Shown: positions 48,406-57,859 of the stretch, piece by piece
Numbering within the stretch: position 1 is the stretch's first letter
Layout of the letters: every line of letters begins with the position of its first letter
NCBI GenBank assembly: GCA_934546745.1
Contig: CAKTDV010000009.1
Coordinates: 16,070-80,069 of the forward strand
Source: an uncultured Desulfovibrio sp.
GTDB taxonomy: Bacteria > Desulfobacterota > Desulfovibrionia > Desulfovibrionales > Desulfovibrionaceae
Direction: 5' to 3'
Length of the DNA: 64,000 nt
Position numbers and translations under genes: made by a program
Notes under the pieces: model-generated
Told to the model about the DNA's origin: nothing
Databases searched by the model: none
The model's input: only the letters and a program-made list of their open reading frames with translations

Positions 48406-48575
48406 GGGAACGCCGCGCCAGGCGCGCTTTGCCGCGTGGAAAAACTTGTGCTTGTCCTTCGATTCCTATACCCTTGTCACCATTCAGATTGCGTGGCGTG
48501 TGGCGGTTGCATGCGCGTGTGCTGTTTCCGCGGAAGACGCCGCGCGTAAAATGTTCTTGGGAAAGAGACAAGGGT

Positions 48576-49739
48576 ATGTTTACCACATTACATAATGTCC
48601 GCGTGGCAGCCATACGATCGGCCGTACCGTCCCAGGAGATTCGTCTGGACGATGAGCTGGAATTTTATGGCGGCAGCGCCAGAAAAGTTGCCCGGCTCAA
48701 GACCACCCTTGGCATGGACAGACGCAGGGTATGCCCGGATGGCGTGACAGCTTCCGATTTGTGCGCGCATGCGGCGGAAGCGCTTTTCCATGCGTACTCC
48801 GATGCGCGGGGCGCTGTGGATGCGTTGATTTTCGTGAGCCAGTCCCCGGACTGGCGATCTCCGGCTACGGCATGTGAGCTGCAGCACCGCCTGGGTCTGC
48901 CGAAAAGCTGCGCCGCCCTTGATGTCAACCAGGGGTGCGCCGGGTATGTCTATGGTCTGTGGCTGGGCAGCGGTCTCGTTGCGTCCGGCGCGGCGCGGCG
49001 CGTGCTGCTTCTGGTTGGCGATGCCCATCCTTACGGGCGGGATGTGCGCAACCGCATTACCGCCTCCGTCTTCGGCGACGGCGGAAGCGCCACCCTGCTG
49101 GAGCGGGACGGGAACGCGGAACCCATGCGGTTCGGCCTCGGTACGGACGGCAGCGGCTTTGAAACGATTATCGTTCCCGCTGGGCAGGCCAGGCTCCCCT
49201 TTATCCGCGATGCGGCGAAAAATGAGCCGCTGGTCAGATCCACCCTTGATCCGGGCGGCAACCCCTGGCAGATGTGCGAAACATTCATGGACGGCGGCGC
49301 CGTCTTCAATTTCACGATGGATGTTGTCCCCGCGCATATGACGGAGCTGCTCGCGTATGCCGGTATGTCTTCCGGGGATATTGACTGGCTTCTGCTGCAT
49401 CAGGCCAACAGGCAGATTGTGGAGAACCTTGCCTCCAAGAGCGGTTTTCCTCTGGCAAAGGCTCCCGCCGAATCGTTTGGCAGGTACGGCAATACGGCGT
49501 CGGCATCCATTCCCATTGCGATATGCGATCGGTTCGGCAGCGGCGATGCTCTTTCCGGGAGGGTTCTTTTGTGTGGCTATGGCGTGGGATTGTCCTGGGC
49601 TTCCTGTCTGTGCCGCATGGACACTGTCAATTGCGCGCCTGTTCTTGATGTTGAGGCTGATCCCGCCCGCCCGTCCAGGGAAGATTTGATCAGGCGGTGG
49701 GAGCGAATCTTTAAGGGAGAGGAGAAACCTCATGACTAA
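48576..49739 (+). CDS. FabH-like beta-ketoacyl-ACP synthase III
   Basis: Cys-His-Asn triad contexts NQGCAGYVYG, LLHQANRQI and GNTASASIP. A 40-aa C-terminal extension is present. Confidence 0.8.
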   Translation: MFTTLHNVRVAAIRSAVPSQEIRLDDELEFYGGSARKVARLKTTLGMDRRRVCPDGVTASDLCAHAAEALFHAYSDARGAVDALIFVSQSPDWRSPATACELQHRLGLPKSCAALDVNQGCAGYVYGLWLGSGLVASGAARRVLLLVGDAHPYGRDVRNRITASVFGDGGSATLLERDGNAEPMRFGLGTDGSGFETIIVPAGQARLPFIRDAAKNEPLVRSTLDPGGNPWQMCETFMDGGAVFNFTMDVVPAHMTELLAYAGMSSGDIDWLLLHQANRQIVENLASKSGFPLAKAPAESFGRYGNTASASIPIAICDRFGSGDALSGRVLLCGYGVGLSWASCLCRMDTVNCAPVLDVEADPARPSREDLIRRWERIFKGEEKPHD

Positions 49740-49959
49740 ACAGGAATTTTTGGCGCTTCTTCAGGATATGCTGCAGTGTGATCGGGAGCTGGATGCGCAA
49801 ACGCCGCTGACGGATATGGAAGAGTGGGATTCGCTGGCCTTTATGGTGCTGATTTCCTTTTTTGACAAAAATTTTGGCCAGCGGATTACGTTCGATATGC
49901 TGAAGACGTGCCGGACGCCGGAAGATCTGGCGATGCTGAGCAACGGGGGCATCTCGTAA
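49732..49959 (+). CDS. Acyl carrier protein-like (75 aa)
   Basis: EEWDSLAFMVL phosphopantetheine Ser motif. The ATG overlaps the fabH-like stop, and a GGGAGAGGAG RBS is present. Confidence 0.75.
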   Translation: MTKQEFLALLQDMLQCDRELDAQTPLTDMEEWDSLAFMVLISFFDKNFGQRITFDMLKTCRTPEDLAMLSNGGIS

Positions 49960-49960
49960 G

Positions 49961-50704
49961 ATGTTTACCGCGCAACAGCGGATACTGGTTACGGGCGCCA
50001 GCTCCGGCATAGGGCGGGCCATAGCCCTGCGCTGCAATGCCCTTGGCGCGACGGTGCTGGCCAGCGGCCGCAATGCGGATCGTCTGGCTGAGGGGCGGCG
50101 CCAGGCTGTGGAGCCGTCCCGCTGGGTGTCCATTGAACGCGACCTGCTGGAAGATATGGAAACCTTGCCCGGCTGGGTTCGGGGCCTTGCCCGCGAGCAT
50201 GGCAAACTCTGGGGCTTGGCGCATGCCGCCGGGGACGGTTTGATGGACAGCCTGAGAACCTACGGGCTGGCGGAGGCGCGACGCCATTTCGATCTTGGGT
50301 TTCATATGCCGGTGCTGCTTGCGCAGGGCTTTTGCGACAGGCGCAGCAGCGAGGCGGGAGGCGCGCTTCTCTTTCTGACGTCGGCATCAGCCGTTTTTGC
50401 GGAAAAGGGCCATATGGTTTATGGCGCGGCCAAAGCGGCCGTGGCTGCCGCCGCCAAGGCCATAAGCCAGGAAGTGGCCCCGCGCCTGCGTGTGCATTGT
50501 CTGGCCCCCGGCATTGTGGATACGCCGCTGGAAGAGCGCGCCGAAGCCTATATGGGTTCCTCCTACAGGGAGGAGCAGCTGCGGGGCTACCCTTTCGGTT
50601 TCGGGCAGCCTGAGGATGTCGCGCACATGGCGGCCTTTCTGCTTTCAGATCAGGCCCGCTGGATTACGGGGCAGAACTTTGTTCTTGCCGGAGGGCGTTA
50701 CTGA
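49961..50704 (+). CDS. SDR-family oxidoreductase (FabG-like ketoreductase)
   Basis: TGASSGIGRA and YGAAKAA catalytic motifs. Confidence 0.85.
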   Translation: MFTAQQRILVTGASSGIGRAIALRCNALGATVLASGRNADRLAEGRRQAVEPSRWVSIERDLLEDMETLPGWVRGLAREHGKLWGLAHAAGDGLMDSLRTYGLAEARRHFDLGFHMPVLLAQGFCDRRSSEAGGALLFLTSASAVFAEKGHMVYGAAKAAVAAAAKAISQEVAPRLRVHCLAPGIVDTPLEERAEAYMGSSYREEQLRGYPFGFGQPEDVAHMAAFLLSDQARWITGQNFVLAGGRY

Positions 50705-51399
50705 TGCCCCATGTCGTCATTATCGGCAATGCCGGGGCCGCGCGGGAGTGCTACTGGATTTTTCAGGACATGCTGAACAGCTCGGTGGGATTGCGCTGCT
50801 ACTATACGTTCAGAGGCTTTCTGGACTGGCGGGGCCATGCGGGCGATCTCAAGGAGTTCAGCGCGTTGCATTTGGGAACCGCCGGGGAATACGTCATACA
50901 GCCTGACGATCTCTTTGTCATCGGGGTAGGGCATCCCCGGCTCCGCAAGGCAATTTTTGAAGACTTCAAGGCGCGCGGCGGCACGTTCATGAACCTGATT
51001 CATCCTTGGACGGATATCTGCCCGTCCGCCGTCCTTGGCGAGGGGAATGTCTTTCAGCGCGGCTGTACCGTCTACTGCAACGCCAGAATTGGGAATGCCA
51101 ATTACATCAACGGGGCCGTCAATCTTTCGCATGATGCGGAAATCGGCGATTTCAACTTTCTTGCGCCGTACTCGCTTGTGCTGGGAGGGGCAAAACTGGG
51201 CTCCTGCAATCATCTGGGGCCCCATGCCGTCATTCTTGATCATGCCCATGCGGGCGATGGCAACGTCTTTGCCGCGGCAAGCTGTCTTTACCGGGGCTGC
51301 CGCGATGATTGCCTCATGTCCGGCAATCCGGCCTTGAGGGTGGGGAAGGCGGCGGATGTGAACCTGCTGGGTGCTGTGCCGCCATCCAGCGCATCCTAG
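50704..51399 (+). CDS. NeuD/PglD-type hexapeptide sugar N-acyltransferase
   Basis: N-terminal VVIIGNAGAARE Rossmann-like lobe plus a C-terminal LbH. The start overlaps the SDR stop (ATGA-type overlap). Confidence 0.75.
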   Translation: MPHVVIIGNAGAARECYWIFQDMLNSSVGLRCYYTFRGFLDWRGHAGDLKEFSALHLGTAGEYVIQPDDLFVIGVGHPRLRKAIFEDFKARGGTFMNLIHPWTDICPSAVLGEGNVFQRGCTVYCNARIGNANYINGAVNLSHDAEIGDFNFLAPYSLVLGGAKLGSCNHLGPHAVILDHAHAGDGNVFAAASCLYRGCRDDCLMSGNPALRVGKAADVNLLGAVPPSSAS

Positions 51400-51421
51400 G
51401 CACACGCGGTGTGCGGGTATG

Positions 51422-51458
51422 ACAGGCCTCCGGGAGTTTTCCCGGGGGCCTGTGTTTT
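51422..51458 (+). terminator. Hairpin plus T-run after the acylation cassette
   Basis: ACAGGCCTCCGGGA-GTTT-TCCCGGGGGCCTGT followed by GTTTT. Confidence 0.45.
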
Positions 51459-52981
51459 CAGGCGAGTGTCCTGAGGGAGGTGTTCTGTTCCGCAAGCTGG
51501 GCCAGCTGGCGCAGGAGCGCCGCGGTGTTGTCGCGCCTGTCCGCCTCAGCCTGAAGGGAATCCGCCGCCTCATGGTAGAGCCGCGCGATGTCCGTGGACG
51601 CCATATCCCCGTAACGGCGCGTTTCCTCCCCGTCTGGGAGACCGGCAAGACGTTGCAGCCAGGGGGGGAGGACAAGTTCCGGCGCGCGCCGCGCATGAAG
51701 GTGTATGGCAAAGACGGCCAGCGGACGGCTTTGAAAGTAGTAGGCGTAGTCATGGGCGTGCCCGAGGTGGAAGTGTCTCTCTTCCCGCAGAATGGCCATG
51801 ATAACCTTTGCCGCGGAAGCTCCCGGGCTGTTGCCGTCTCTGCGGATGACGAGCCAGTCCGGGTGCGGCCTGCCCGCGATGAAGTCCGCCAGATCATTGG
51901 CAAGGTCTTCCAGGGCGTGTGTAAAAGGAAGGTAGCCGAGGCTATTGATGAAGGCTTCCTTTTCCTGTTCGCTCCACAGGGGGGAATGCGCCAGCGCGTG
52001 TTTGGCAGCCAGCGTCAGTTTGGAAAAGGAATTTGCGGTGTAGAAAAGTCCCTCCCGGCGCAGACCGTTTGCCGTAATCCAGGGCTGGAAGTAGACGGCG
52101 GGCCTGTGGGTAATGGCGCTGAAGGTGCTTGCGATATGCGCAAAGTCCGTAATCATGACCTGCGCCCTGACGAAGGTCTCGAGGTAGCTTGTCTGTGTGT
52201 CGACGGCGAGGCGCGGCTCATGGGCGAAAGCGTCGATGATGTCCCTGACTGTCTCTTCTTCCCTGTTTATTGGTGTGGGTCTGAAAATGATAGTGTGGTC
52301 AGGAAAAGCGGCCAGCAGGGAACGCAGAATCCGTTTGCCATGTTTCTGGAGACGGTTCCCGCCATACTGAAGCGCATGGTGTATTTCCGTTGGCGCGTAG
52401 CAGATGCATTCCGCTTGGAGGCCTTCCCGTTGCTTCGCAAGGAATCGTCGCCGCACCAGACAGAGCTTGGGATAGCCGTAACCCATGAGATAAAAATTCA
52501 TTGCCGGGCGCAGGAGTCTTGCCGGGGGGGAAAAATTGTCCCAGAGCGCCTTGATTTCCTTTCTGCGCTGTTCAAAGGGAAAGCCTACGATAAGGCCGTC
52601 AAAGCTGAAGGACGTTATTGCTCCCTGCAGATAAGCCTGCGGATCTTGAGCCGAGGTACAGCTGTGCGTCATCGCCAGCACCCGCGAGGACGTGGGATAG
52701 CGCACAAATGATTCAAAGTCTGTCGCAATGAAGCAGGCGATACTGTCAAGCGTCTCCACCTCTTCGGGGCGCACCTGAAAGACATGACCAAGACCGTCAA
52801 GGTTCATGACGCCGATGGCCTCGCCCGCCAGGAGGCCGACGGTGCCGTATCCCCGCTCTTGCAGCTCCTTGCCGAGCGCTACCATCCATTCGTCGGGAAC
52901 GACATTGGTGTGCCCGATGTAAAAAGCGACGATTCTTTTTCCGGGAAAAAGATTGCCAATAGTGGTGCTGAGATCCGACAT
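51458..52981 (-). CDS. Paralogue A1 of a ~508-aa transferase family (TagF/glycerophosphotransferase-like C-terminal pattern; candidate phospho-group transferase)
   Basis: 507 aa. ...FRPTPINREEETVRDIIDAF...VMITDFAHIASTFSAITHRPAVYFQPW... About 75-80% identical to A2 by eye. Confidence 0.7.
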   Translation of the reverse strand: MSDLSTTIGNLFPGKRIVAFYIGHTNVVPDEWMVALGKELQERGYGTVGLLAGEAIGVMNLDGLGHVFQVRPEEVETLDSIACFIATDFESFVRYPTSSRVLAMTHSCTSAQDPQAYLQGAITSFSFDGLIVGFPFEQRRKEIKALWDNFSPPARLLRPAMNFYLMGYGYPKLCLVRRRFLAKQREGLQAECICYAPTEIHHALQYGGNRLQKHGKRILRSLLAAFPDHTIIFRPTPINREEETVRDIIDAFAHEPRLAVDTQTSYLETFVRAQVMITDFAHIASTFSAITHRPAVYFQPWITANGLRREGLFYTANSFSKLTLAAKHALAHSPLWSEQEKEAFINSLGYLPFTHALEDLANDLADFIAGRPHPDWLVIRRDGNSPGASAAKVIMAILREERHFHLGHAHDYAYYFQSRPLAVFAIHLHARRAPELVLPPWLQRLAGLPDGEETRRYGDMASTDIARLYHEAADSLQAEADRRDNTAALLRQLAQLAEQNTSLRTLA

Positions 52982-53013
52982 GGCGGCTATTCCTGTTCCT
53001 TGCAGCGGCGCGG

Positions 53014-54540
53014 TTAGAGAGGGGTATTGTCCTCAACGAGCTTTGCCATTCGCCGTAGCAATGCGGCGGTCTCTTCGTTGGAGACATTTTTTTCCGCCCG
53101 CAATGCTGTTGCGGCTTGCCCGTACAGGTGGACAAGCTCCTGTGCGGATACGTCGCCAAACGTCACATGGCTTTCTGTCATCCCTGAAAGTGTTTTGATA
53201 TGTGGGGGGATAGGGATGTCTGGCGATCGCTGGCGATAGAGATGTGTGGCAAAGACGGCCAGCGGACGGCTTTGAAAATAGTCCGCGTAAAGCACGGCAT
53301 GATAGAGTTGAACACCCTTGTATTCTTGCAGGATGGTTTCCATTATTTTTGCGGCGGAGGCCCCCGGGCTGTTGGTGTCTCTGCGGATGACAAGCCAGTC
53401 CGGGCGCGGCCTGCCGTCGATGAAGCTGGCCAGATCATTGGCAAGGTCTTCCAGGGCATGTGTAAAAGGAAGGTAGCCGCTGGAGATGAGAAAGCGTTCC
53501 ATCTCTTCTTCCGCATACGTATGTGCCATGGCGTGCTTGATGGCGGAGATCAGTTCTGAAAACGTTGTTACCGTAGAGAGCGGGGAATTTCCATGGGGGT
53601 TGGAAGCCGTCATCCAGGGCTGGAAGTAGATGGCGGGCCTGTGGGTGACGGCGCAGAACGTGCCGGCGATATGCGCAAGGTCCGTAATCATGACCTGCGT
53701 CCTGACGAAGGTGTCGAGGTAGCTTGTCCGCGTGTCGACGGCGAGGCGCGGCTCATGGGCGAAAGCGTCGATGATGTCCCTGACGGTATCTTCATCCCTG
53801 TTTATTGGCGCGGGCCGGAAAATGACGGTATGCTCAGGAAAGGCGGCCAGTAGGGAACGCAGAATCCGTTTGCCATGTTTCTGGAGACGCTTTCCGCCCA
53901 AATAGGGGGTATACTGAATTCCCATTGGCGCGTAGCAGATGCATTCCGCCCTGACGGCTTCCCGCCGTTTCGCAAGGAATCGTCGCCGCATCAGGCAGAG
54001 TTTGGGGTAGCCGTAGCCCATGAGATAAAAGTCCGCCGATGGGCGCAGGAGTCTTGCCGGGGGGGAAAAATTATCCCAGAGATCCTTGATTTCTCCTTCG
54101 CGGGGCGCAAAGGGGAAGCCCACGATAAGGCCATCGAAGCTGCGGGTACTTATTGCGCCTTGCAGAAAAGCCCCCGGATCTCCGGGTGAACAGCTGTGCA
54201 CGATCGCCAGAACCCGTGATGTCTTTGGGTAGCGCATAGGCTTTTCAAAATTGGTATTATCAATGAAGCCTTCACAATCTGTCACAATGAAGCAGGCGAT
54301 ACTGTCAAGTGTCTCCACCTCTTCGGGGCGCACCTGAAAGACATGACCAAGACCGTCAAGGTTCATGACGCCGATGGCCTCGCCCGCCAGGAGGCCGACG
54401 GTGCCGTATCCCCGCTCTTGCAGCTCCTTGCCGAGGGCGACCATCCATTCGTCGGGAACGACATCCGTGTGACAGATATAGAAGGCGACCACGGTTTTGC
54501 CGTTGAAAAGTTCACGGATGCGGGCGTTGAGTTCTGACAC
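53014..54540 (-). CDS. Paralogue A2 of the same transferase family
   Basis: 508 aa from GTG 54540, with AAGGAGG 7 nt upstream and aligned to the A1 start. The longer track ORF adds 32 implausible residues. Confidence 0.7.
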   Translation of the reverse strand: MSELNARIRELFNGKTVVAFYICHTDVVPDEWMVALGKELQERGYGTVGLLAGEAIGVMNLDGLGHVFQVRPEEVETLDSIACFIVTDCEGFIDNTNFEKPMRYPKTSRVLAIVHSCSPGDPGAFLQGAISTRSFDGLIVGFPFAPREGEIKDLWDNFSPPARLLRPSADFYLMGYGYPKLCLMRRRFLAKRREAVRAECICYAPMGIQYTPYLGGKRLQKHGKRILRSLLAAFPEHTVIFRPAPINRDEDTVRDIIDAFAHEPRLAVDTRTSYLDTFVRTQVMITDLAHIAGTFCAVTHRPAIYFQPWMTASNPHGNSPLSTVTTFSELISAIKHAMAHTYAEEEMERFLISSGYLPFTHALEDLANDLASFIDGRPRPDWLVIRRDTNSPGASAAKIMETILQEYKGVQLYHAVLYADYFQSRPLAVFATHLYRQRSPDIPIPPHIKTLSGMTESHVTFGDVSAQELVHLYGQAATALRAEKNVSNEETAALLRRMAKLVEDNTPL

Positions 54541-54671
54541 GGAGTCCTCCTTGTGTTTCTTTTGCGGTAGATACGGAAAGAGCACTGTACAGACGATCGG
54601 GCGGGGTGTCAAGCCGACATCCGTTTTTTGGAACAATATTTGCTTTAGATGCTTCCAAGGGGGGAAATTTC

Positions 54672-55346
54672 ATGATTTTGACACGCCGCACAGGCATCAC
54701 CATGCGCGTCGTCCGTTCCGACTATGGAGAGACACGGGATGCGCTGGCGCGCGACTGGCCGGTGCTGCTGGAACGGCTGGGGCACGTTTATGGTTTTGCG
54801 CCGGAGTGGTTCCCGCTGCCCAATATGGGCGAGGACAGCGTTGCCCTTGCGCGCCGCTACGGCGTCCGGGCCTTGCTCCTGACTGGCGGCGACGACAGAG
54901 GCGCTACGCCGGATCGTGACCTTACGGAAGAGGCACTCCTGCGCTGGGCCGCCGGGGAGCGTCTGCCGGTGCTCGGTGTCTGCCGGGGCGCGCAGATGCT
55001 GGCCCGGCAGGCCGGGGCGGCGCTCATCGCCGTACACCCCGGTAGGCATGTGGCCGCGCGGCATCGCATTGTCTGGAATACGGACGGGAACGGCGGGCCC
55101 TTCTGGAACAGCGCGCTTGCCGCGCGGGATACGGAAGAGGTCAACTCCTTCCACCGGTGGGGGCTTTCCGGCACGGCGCTTCCGGCGAACCTCCATGCCG
55201 TTGCCGTCTGTCCCGAAGACGGAAGCGTCGAGGCGTTCTGTCATGTCTCCCTGCCGTGGATGGGCGTTTTCTGGCATCCCGAACGGGAGGCAACACCCCG
55301 CGAGAGCGATATGGCGATCCTGCGCCATCTCTTTGCGGAGGCCTGA
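54672..55346 (+). CDS. Class-I glutamine-amidotransferase-like / peptidase C26 hydrolase (cj1417-like)
   Basis: Nucleophile elbow LGVCRGAQML and His-Glu motif VFWHPE. 224 aa. Confidence 0.75.
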   Translation: MILTRRTGITMRVVRSDYGETRDALARDWPVLLERLGHVYGFAPEWFPLPNMGEDSVALARRYGVRALLLTGGDDRGATPDRDLTEEALLRWAAGERLPVLGVCRGAQMLARQAGAALIAVHPGRHVAARHRIVWNTDGNGGPFWNSALAARDTEEVNSFHRWGLSGTALPANLHAVAVCPEDGSVEAFCHVSLPWMGVFWHPEREATPRESDMAILRHLFAEA

Positions 55347-55437
55347 AAAAGCGTTTCGTGGCGTCGTCCGTTGGCGCAGGCCGCCGGTCTTCCCCGCACA
55401 GGGCGGGGGGGAAAAGATTTCCAGAAAGGGAGTTCGC

Positions 55438-57855
55438 GTGAGTGAGGATAAGAAAGAAAGAAGCAAATCCGGAACCAAGGCGGAAACGCTGGAGCTTCTG
55501 CTCCGTCACGGTTTTCCCGTGCCGCCGTTGCGCTATGTTACCAAAGAGCGCTGGGACGCCGTACCGGATGCCGTGCTCGCCGAAATACGCGCCGCGTTTC
55601 CGCAAACGCCGCTGGCCGTGCGTTCCTCGGCATGTCAGGAGGACGGTTGCGCCGCCTCGCTGGCCGGAGCCTTTGACAGTGTGCTGCATGTGCCGTCGCA
55701 GGATGCGGCGGCATTGCGGGCCGCCATCGTCAAAGTGGCGTCCCGCTACGGCAGCGCGGCGGATCAGATTCTGATCCAGCCCATGATACCTCATGTGGCC
55801 CTGAGCGGCGTCGTCATGACGCGCACGCTGGAGGACGGTTCCCCCTACTACGTCATCAACTACGACGATGTTTCCGGGCGGACGGATACCGTTACCGGCG
55901 GCAGCGGCATCAGCAAGACGGTGTGCGTCTACCGGGGAGCCAGGGCGGAATATTTCGACTCGCCGCGCCTGCGGGCGGTGCTGGATCTGGTGCGCCGGCT
56001 TGAGGACTTCTTTTCAGGATTGCCGCTGGACATTGAGTTTGTCGTGGATGCGCGCGGCGCCACGCATCTGTTGCAGGCGCGTCCCATTGCCGCCGCGCGG
56101 CACTGGCGTTCGCAGGTGGCGGAGGATGTCTCCCGGCACATCCGGCACGTGGAGACCTACGCGCGCGACATCATGGCGGAACGTCCCGGCCTGCCGGGCA
56201 GGCGCAGTCTGCTTGGCGTCATGCCGGACTGGAACCCGGCGGAGATTATCGGCGTCACGCCGCGTCCGCTGGCCCTGAGCCTGTACCGGGACATCATCAC
56301 CCGCCGTGTCTGGCGGGTGGCCCGGCAGCACATGGGCTATCGCGCCCTGCCGCCGGTGGAACTGATGGTCTCGCTTGCGGGGCGGCCCTATATCGACGTG
56401 CGCGCAAGCTTCAGCTCCTTTCTTCCCGAAGGCGTTTCCCGGCAGACGGCGGCCCTGCTCACGGACGCCTGGCTTGATCGCCTTGACACGCATCCCGAAC
56501 TGCATGATAAGGTGGAGTTCGCCATTGTGCCCACCGTGCTGGATTTTGACTTTGACGCCACCTTCCGGGAGCGCTATGGGGATGTGCTCCCCCCGGCGGA
56601 ACGGCTGCGGTACAAGGCCGCCCTGCGCCGCCTGACAAACCGGGCCTTGCGTGTTTCCGGCATGTGCCCCGCAGAGGGAAGCCTGGAAAAGGCCATGAAC
56701 GACGCGCAATTGCTGGAACTGCGGCAACGCGCGCTCATGCCGCCCGTCATGCCGTCCGATTCGCGGGAAGGCACGCCGTTCTCGCTGGTGGCCCGGCTGA
56801 GCACCCTGCTGGAGGAATGCAGGGAATGGGGAACGCTGCCTTTCTCCATTGCCGCGCGCCATGCCTTCATGGCGGAAAGCCTGCTGCGATCCGCCGTGCG
56901 GCGCGGCGCGGTGCGGGAGGAGCGCCTTGCGGCCTTCAAGCGTTCCGTGCGCACCGTTTCCGGCGAATTGTCGCGGGACTTTGCCGAAGCTGTCCGCAAC
57001 CCGGCGATGCGGGGGGATTTCATGGCGCGCTACGGGCACTTGCGGCCCGGCACGTATGACATCCTGACGCCCTGCTATGCGCAACGCGATCTGTTCAGCC
57101 ATGTGGCGGCCCCCCAGGAAGCGCCACCGGTGGCGGCATTCAGCCTCACCGCGCGGGAAAGCGACGATCTTTCCCGGCTTCTGGATGAGGCCGGGCTGGA
57201 CTGCGCGCCGCGACGCCTGCTGGACTATGCGCGGCGCGCCATTGCCGGAAGGGAATGGATCAAGTTTGTTTTTACGCGCCATGTGTGCGCCATTCTTGAG
57301 ACCGTGGCCGCATGGGGGCAGTGTCAGGGGCTTGATCGCGAGGACTGCGCCATGCTGCCGCTGGAAGTCATGACGGGCAGTCTGAACGCGCCGTTGCCCG
57401 ACGAGGCGCGGGCGTACTACGGGGCCGTTATCGAGGAACAGCGCCGCCAGCACGATCTGGCCCGCTCCCTGCGGCTTGCGCCCCTGATCCGTTCCGTGCG
57501 CGACGTCTATGTGGCGGCGCAGCAGCGCAGCGAGCCTAATTTCATCACCGACAGGCATATTGAGGCGCCGGTGGCCGCGCTGGACGGCCACGCCATGCCA
57601 GAATCGCTTCAGGGACGCATCGTGTGCATCGAAAGCGCGGATCCCGGCTATGACTGGCTCTTTACCCGCGACATCGCCGGGCTGGTCACCCGCTACGGCG
57701 GCGTCAATTCCCATATGGCCATCCGCTGCGCGGAATACGGCCTGCCCGCGGCCATCGGTTGCGGCGGCATTCTCTACGAGCGGGCCAGCCGCGCCACAAG
57801 GCTGTTGCTGGATTGCGCGGGAAAACGTATAACCCCGCTGGGGGCGGAGGTGTAA
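55438..57855 (+). CDS. PEP-utilising/PPDK-like three-domain phosphotransferase (cj1418 L-glutamine-kinase-like)
   Basis: N-terminal ATP-grasp-type PPDK_N region (KAETLELL...VRSSACQEDG...SLAGAFDSV). The C-terminal swivel carries the phospho-His context RYGGVNSHMAIRCAEYGLPA. GTG start after GAAAGGGAG. 805 aa. Confidence 0.75.
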   Translation: MSEDKKERSKSGTKAETLELLLRHGFPVPPLRYVTKERWDAVPDAVLAEIRAAFPQTPLAVRSSACQEDGCAASLAGAFDSVLHVPSQDAAALRAAIVKVASRYGSAADQILIQPMIPHVALSGVVMTRTLEDGSPYYVINYDDVSGRTDTVTGGSGISKTVCVYRGARAEYFDSPRLRAVLDLVRRLEDFFSGLPLDIEFVVDARGATHLLQARPIAAARHWRSQVAEDVSRHIRHVETYARDIMAERPGLPGRRSLLGVMPDWNPAEIIGVTPRPLALSLYRDIITRRVWRVARQHMGYRALPPVELMVSLAGRPYIDVRASFSSFLPEGVSRQTAALLTDAWLDRLDTHPELHDKVEFAIVPTVLDFDFDATFRERYGDVLPPAERLRYKAALRRLTNRALRVSGMCPAEGSLEKAMNDAQLLELRQRALMPPVMPSDSREGTPFSLVARLSTLLEECREWGTLPFSIAARHAFMAESLLRSAVRRGAVREERLAAFKRSVRTVSGELSRDFAEAVRNPAMRGDFMARYGHLRPGTYDILTPCYAQRDLFSHVAAPQEAPPVAAFSLTARESDDLSRLLDEAGLDCAPRRLLDYARRAIAGREWIKFVFTRHVCAILETVAAWGQCQGLDREDCAMLPLEVMTGSLNAPLPDEARAYYGAVIEEQRRQHDLARSLRLAPLIRSVRDVYVAAQQRSEPNFITDRHIEAPVAALDGHAMPESLQGRIVCIESADPGYDWLFTRDIAGLVTRYGGVNSHMAIRCAEYGLPAAIGCGGILYERASRATRLLLDCAGKRITPLGAEV

Positions 57856-57859
57856 GCCC

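Larger units (their letters stand above)
51458..54540 (-). repeat. Tandem gene duplication A1/A2 (period ~1559 bp) with a ~150-bp near-identical patch
   Basis: 52726-52877 versus 54285-54436 differ at one position by eye. Identical antisense peptides appear in the ORF track (52784.. and 54343..). Confidence 0.75.

Noticed and set aside
55405-55411. G7 run 27 nt upstream of the glutamine-kinase-like gene start, as a phase-variable promoter or RBS spacer.
   Set aside because: The run is short and lies inside an operon spacer. I could define no promoter elements around it, so it is noted only.
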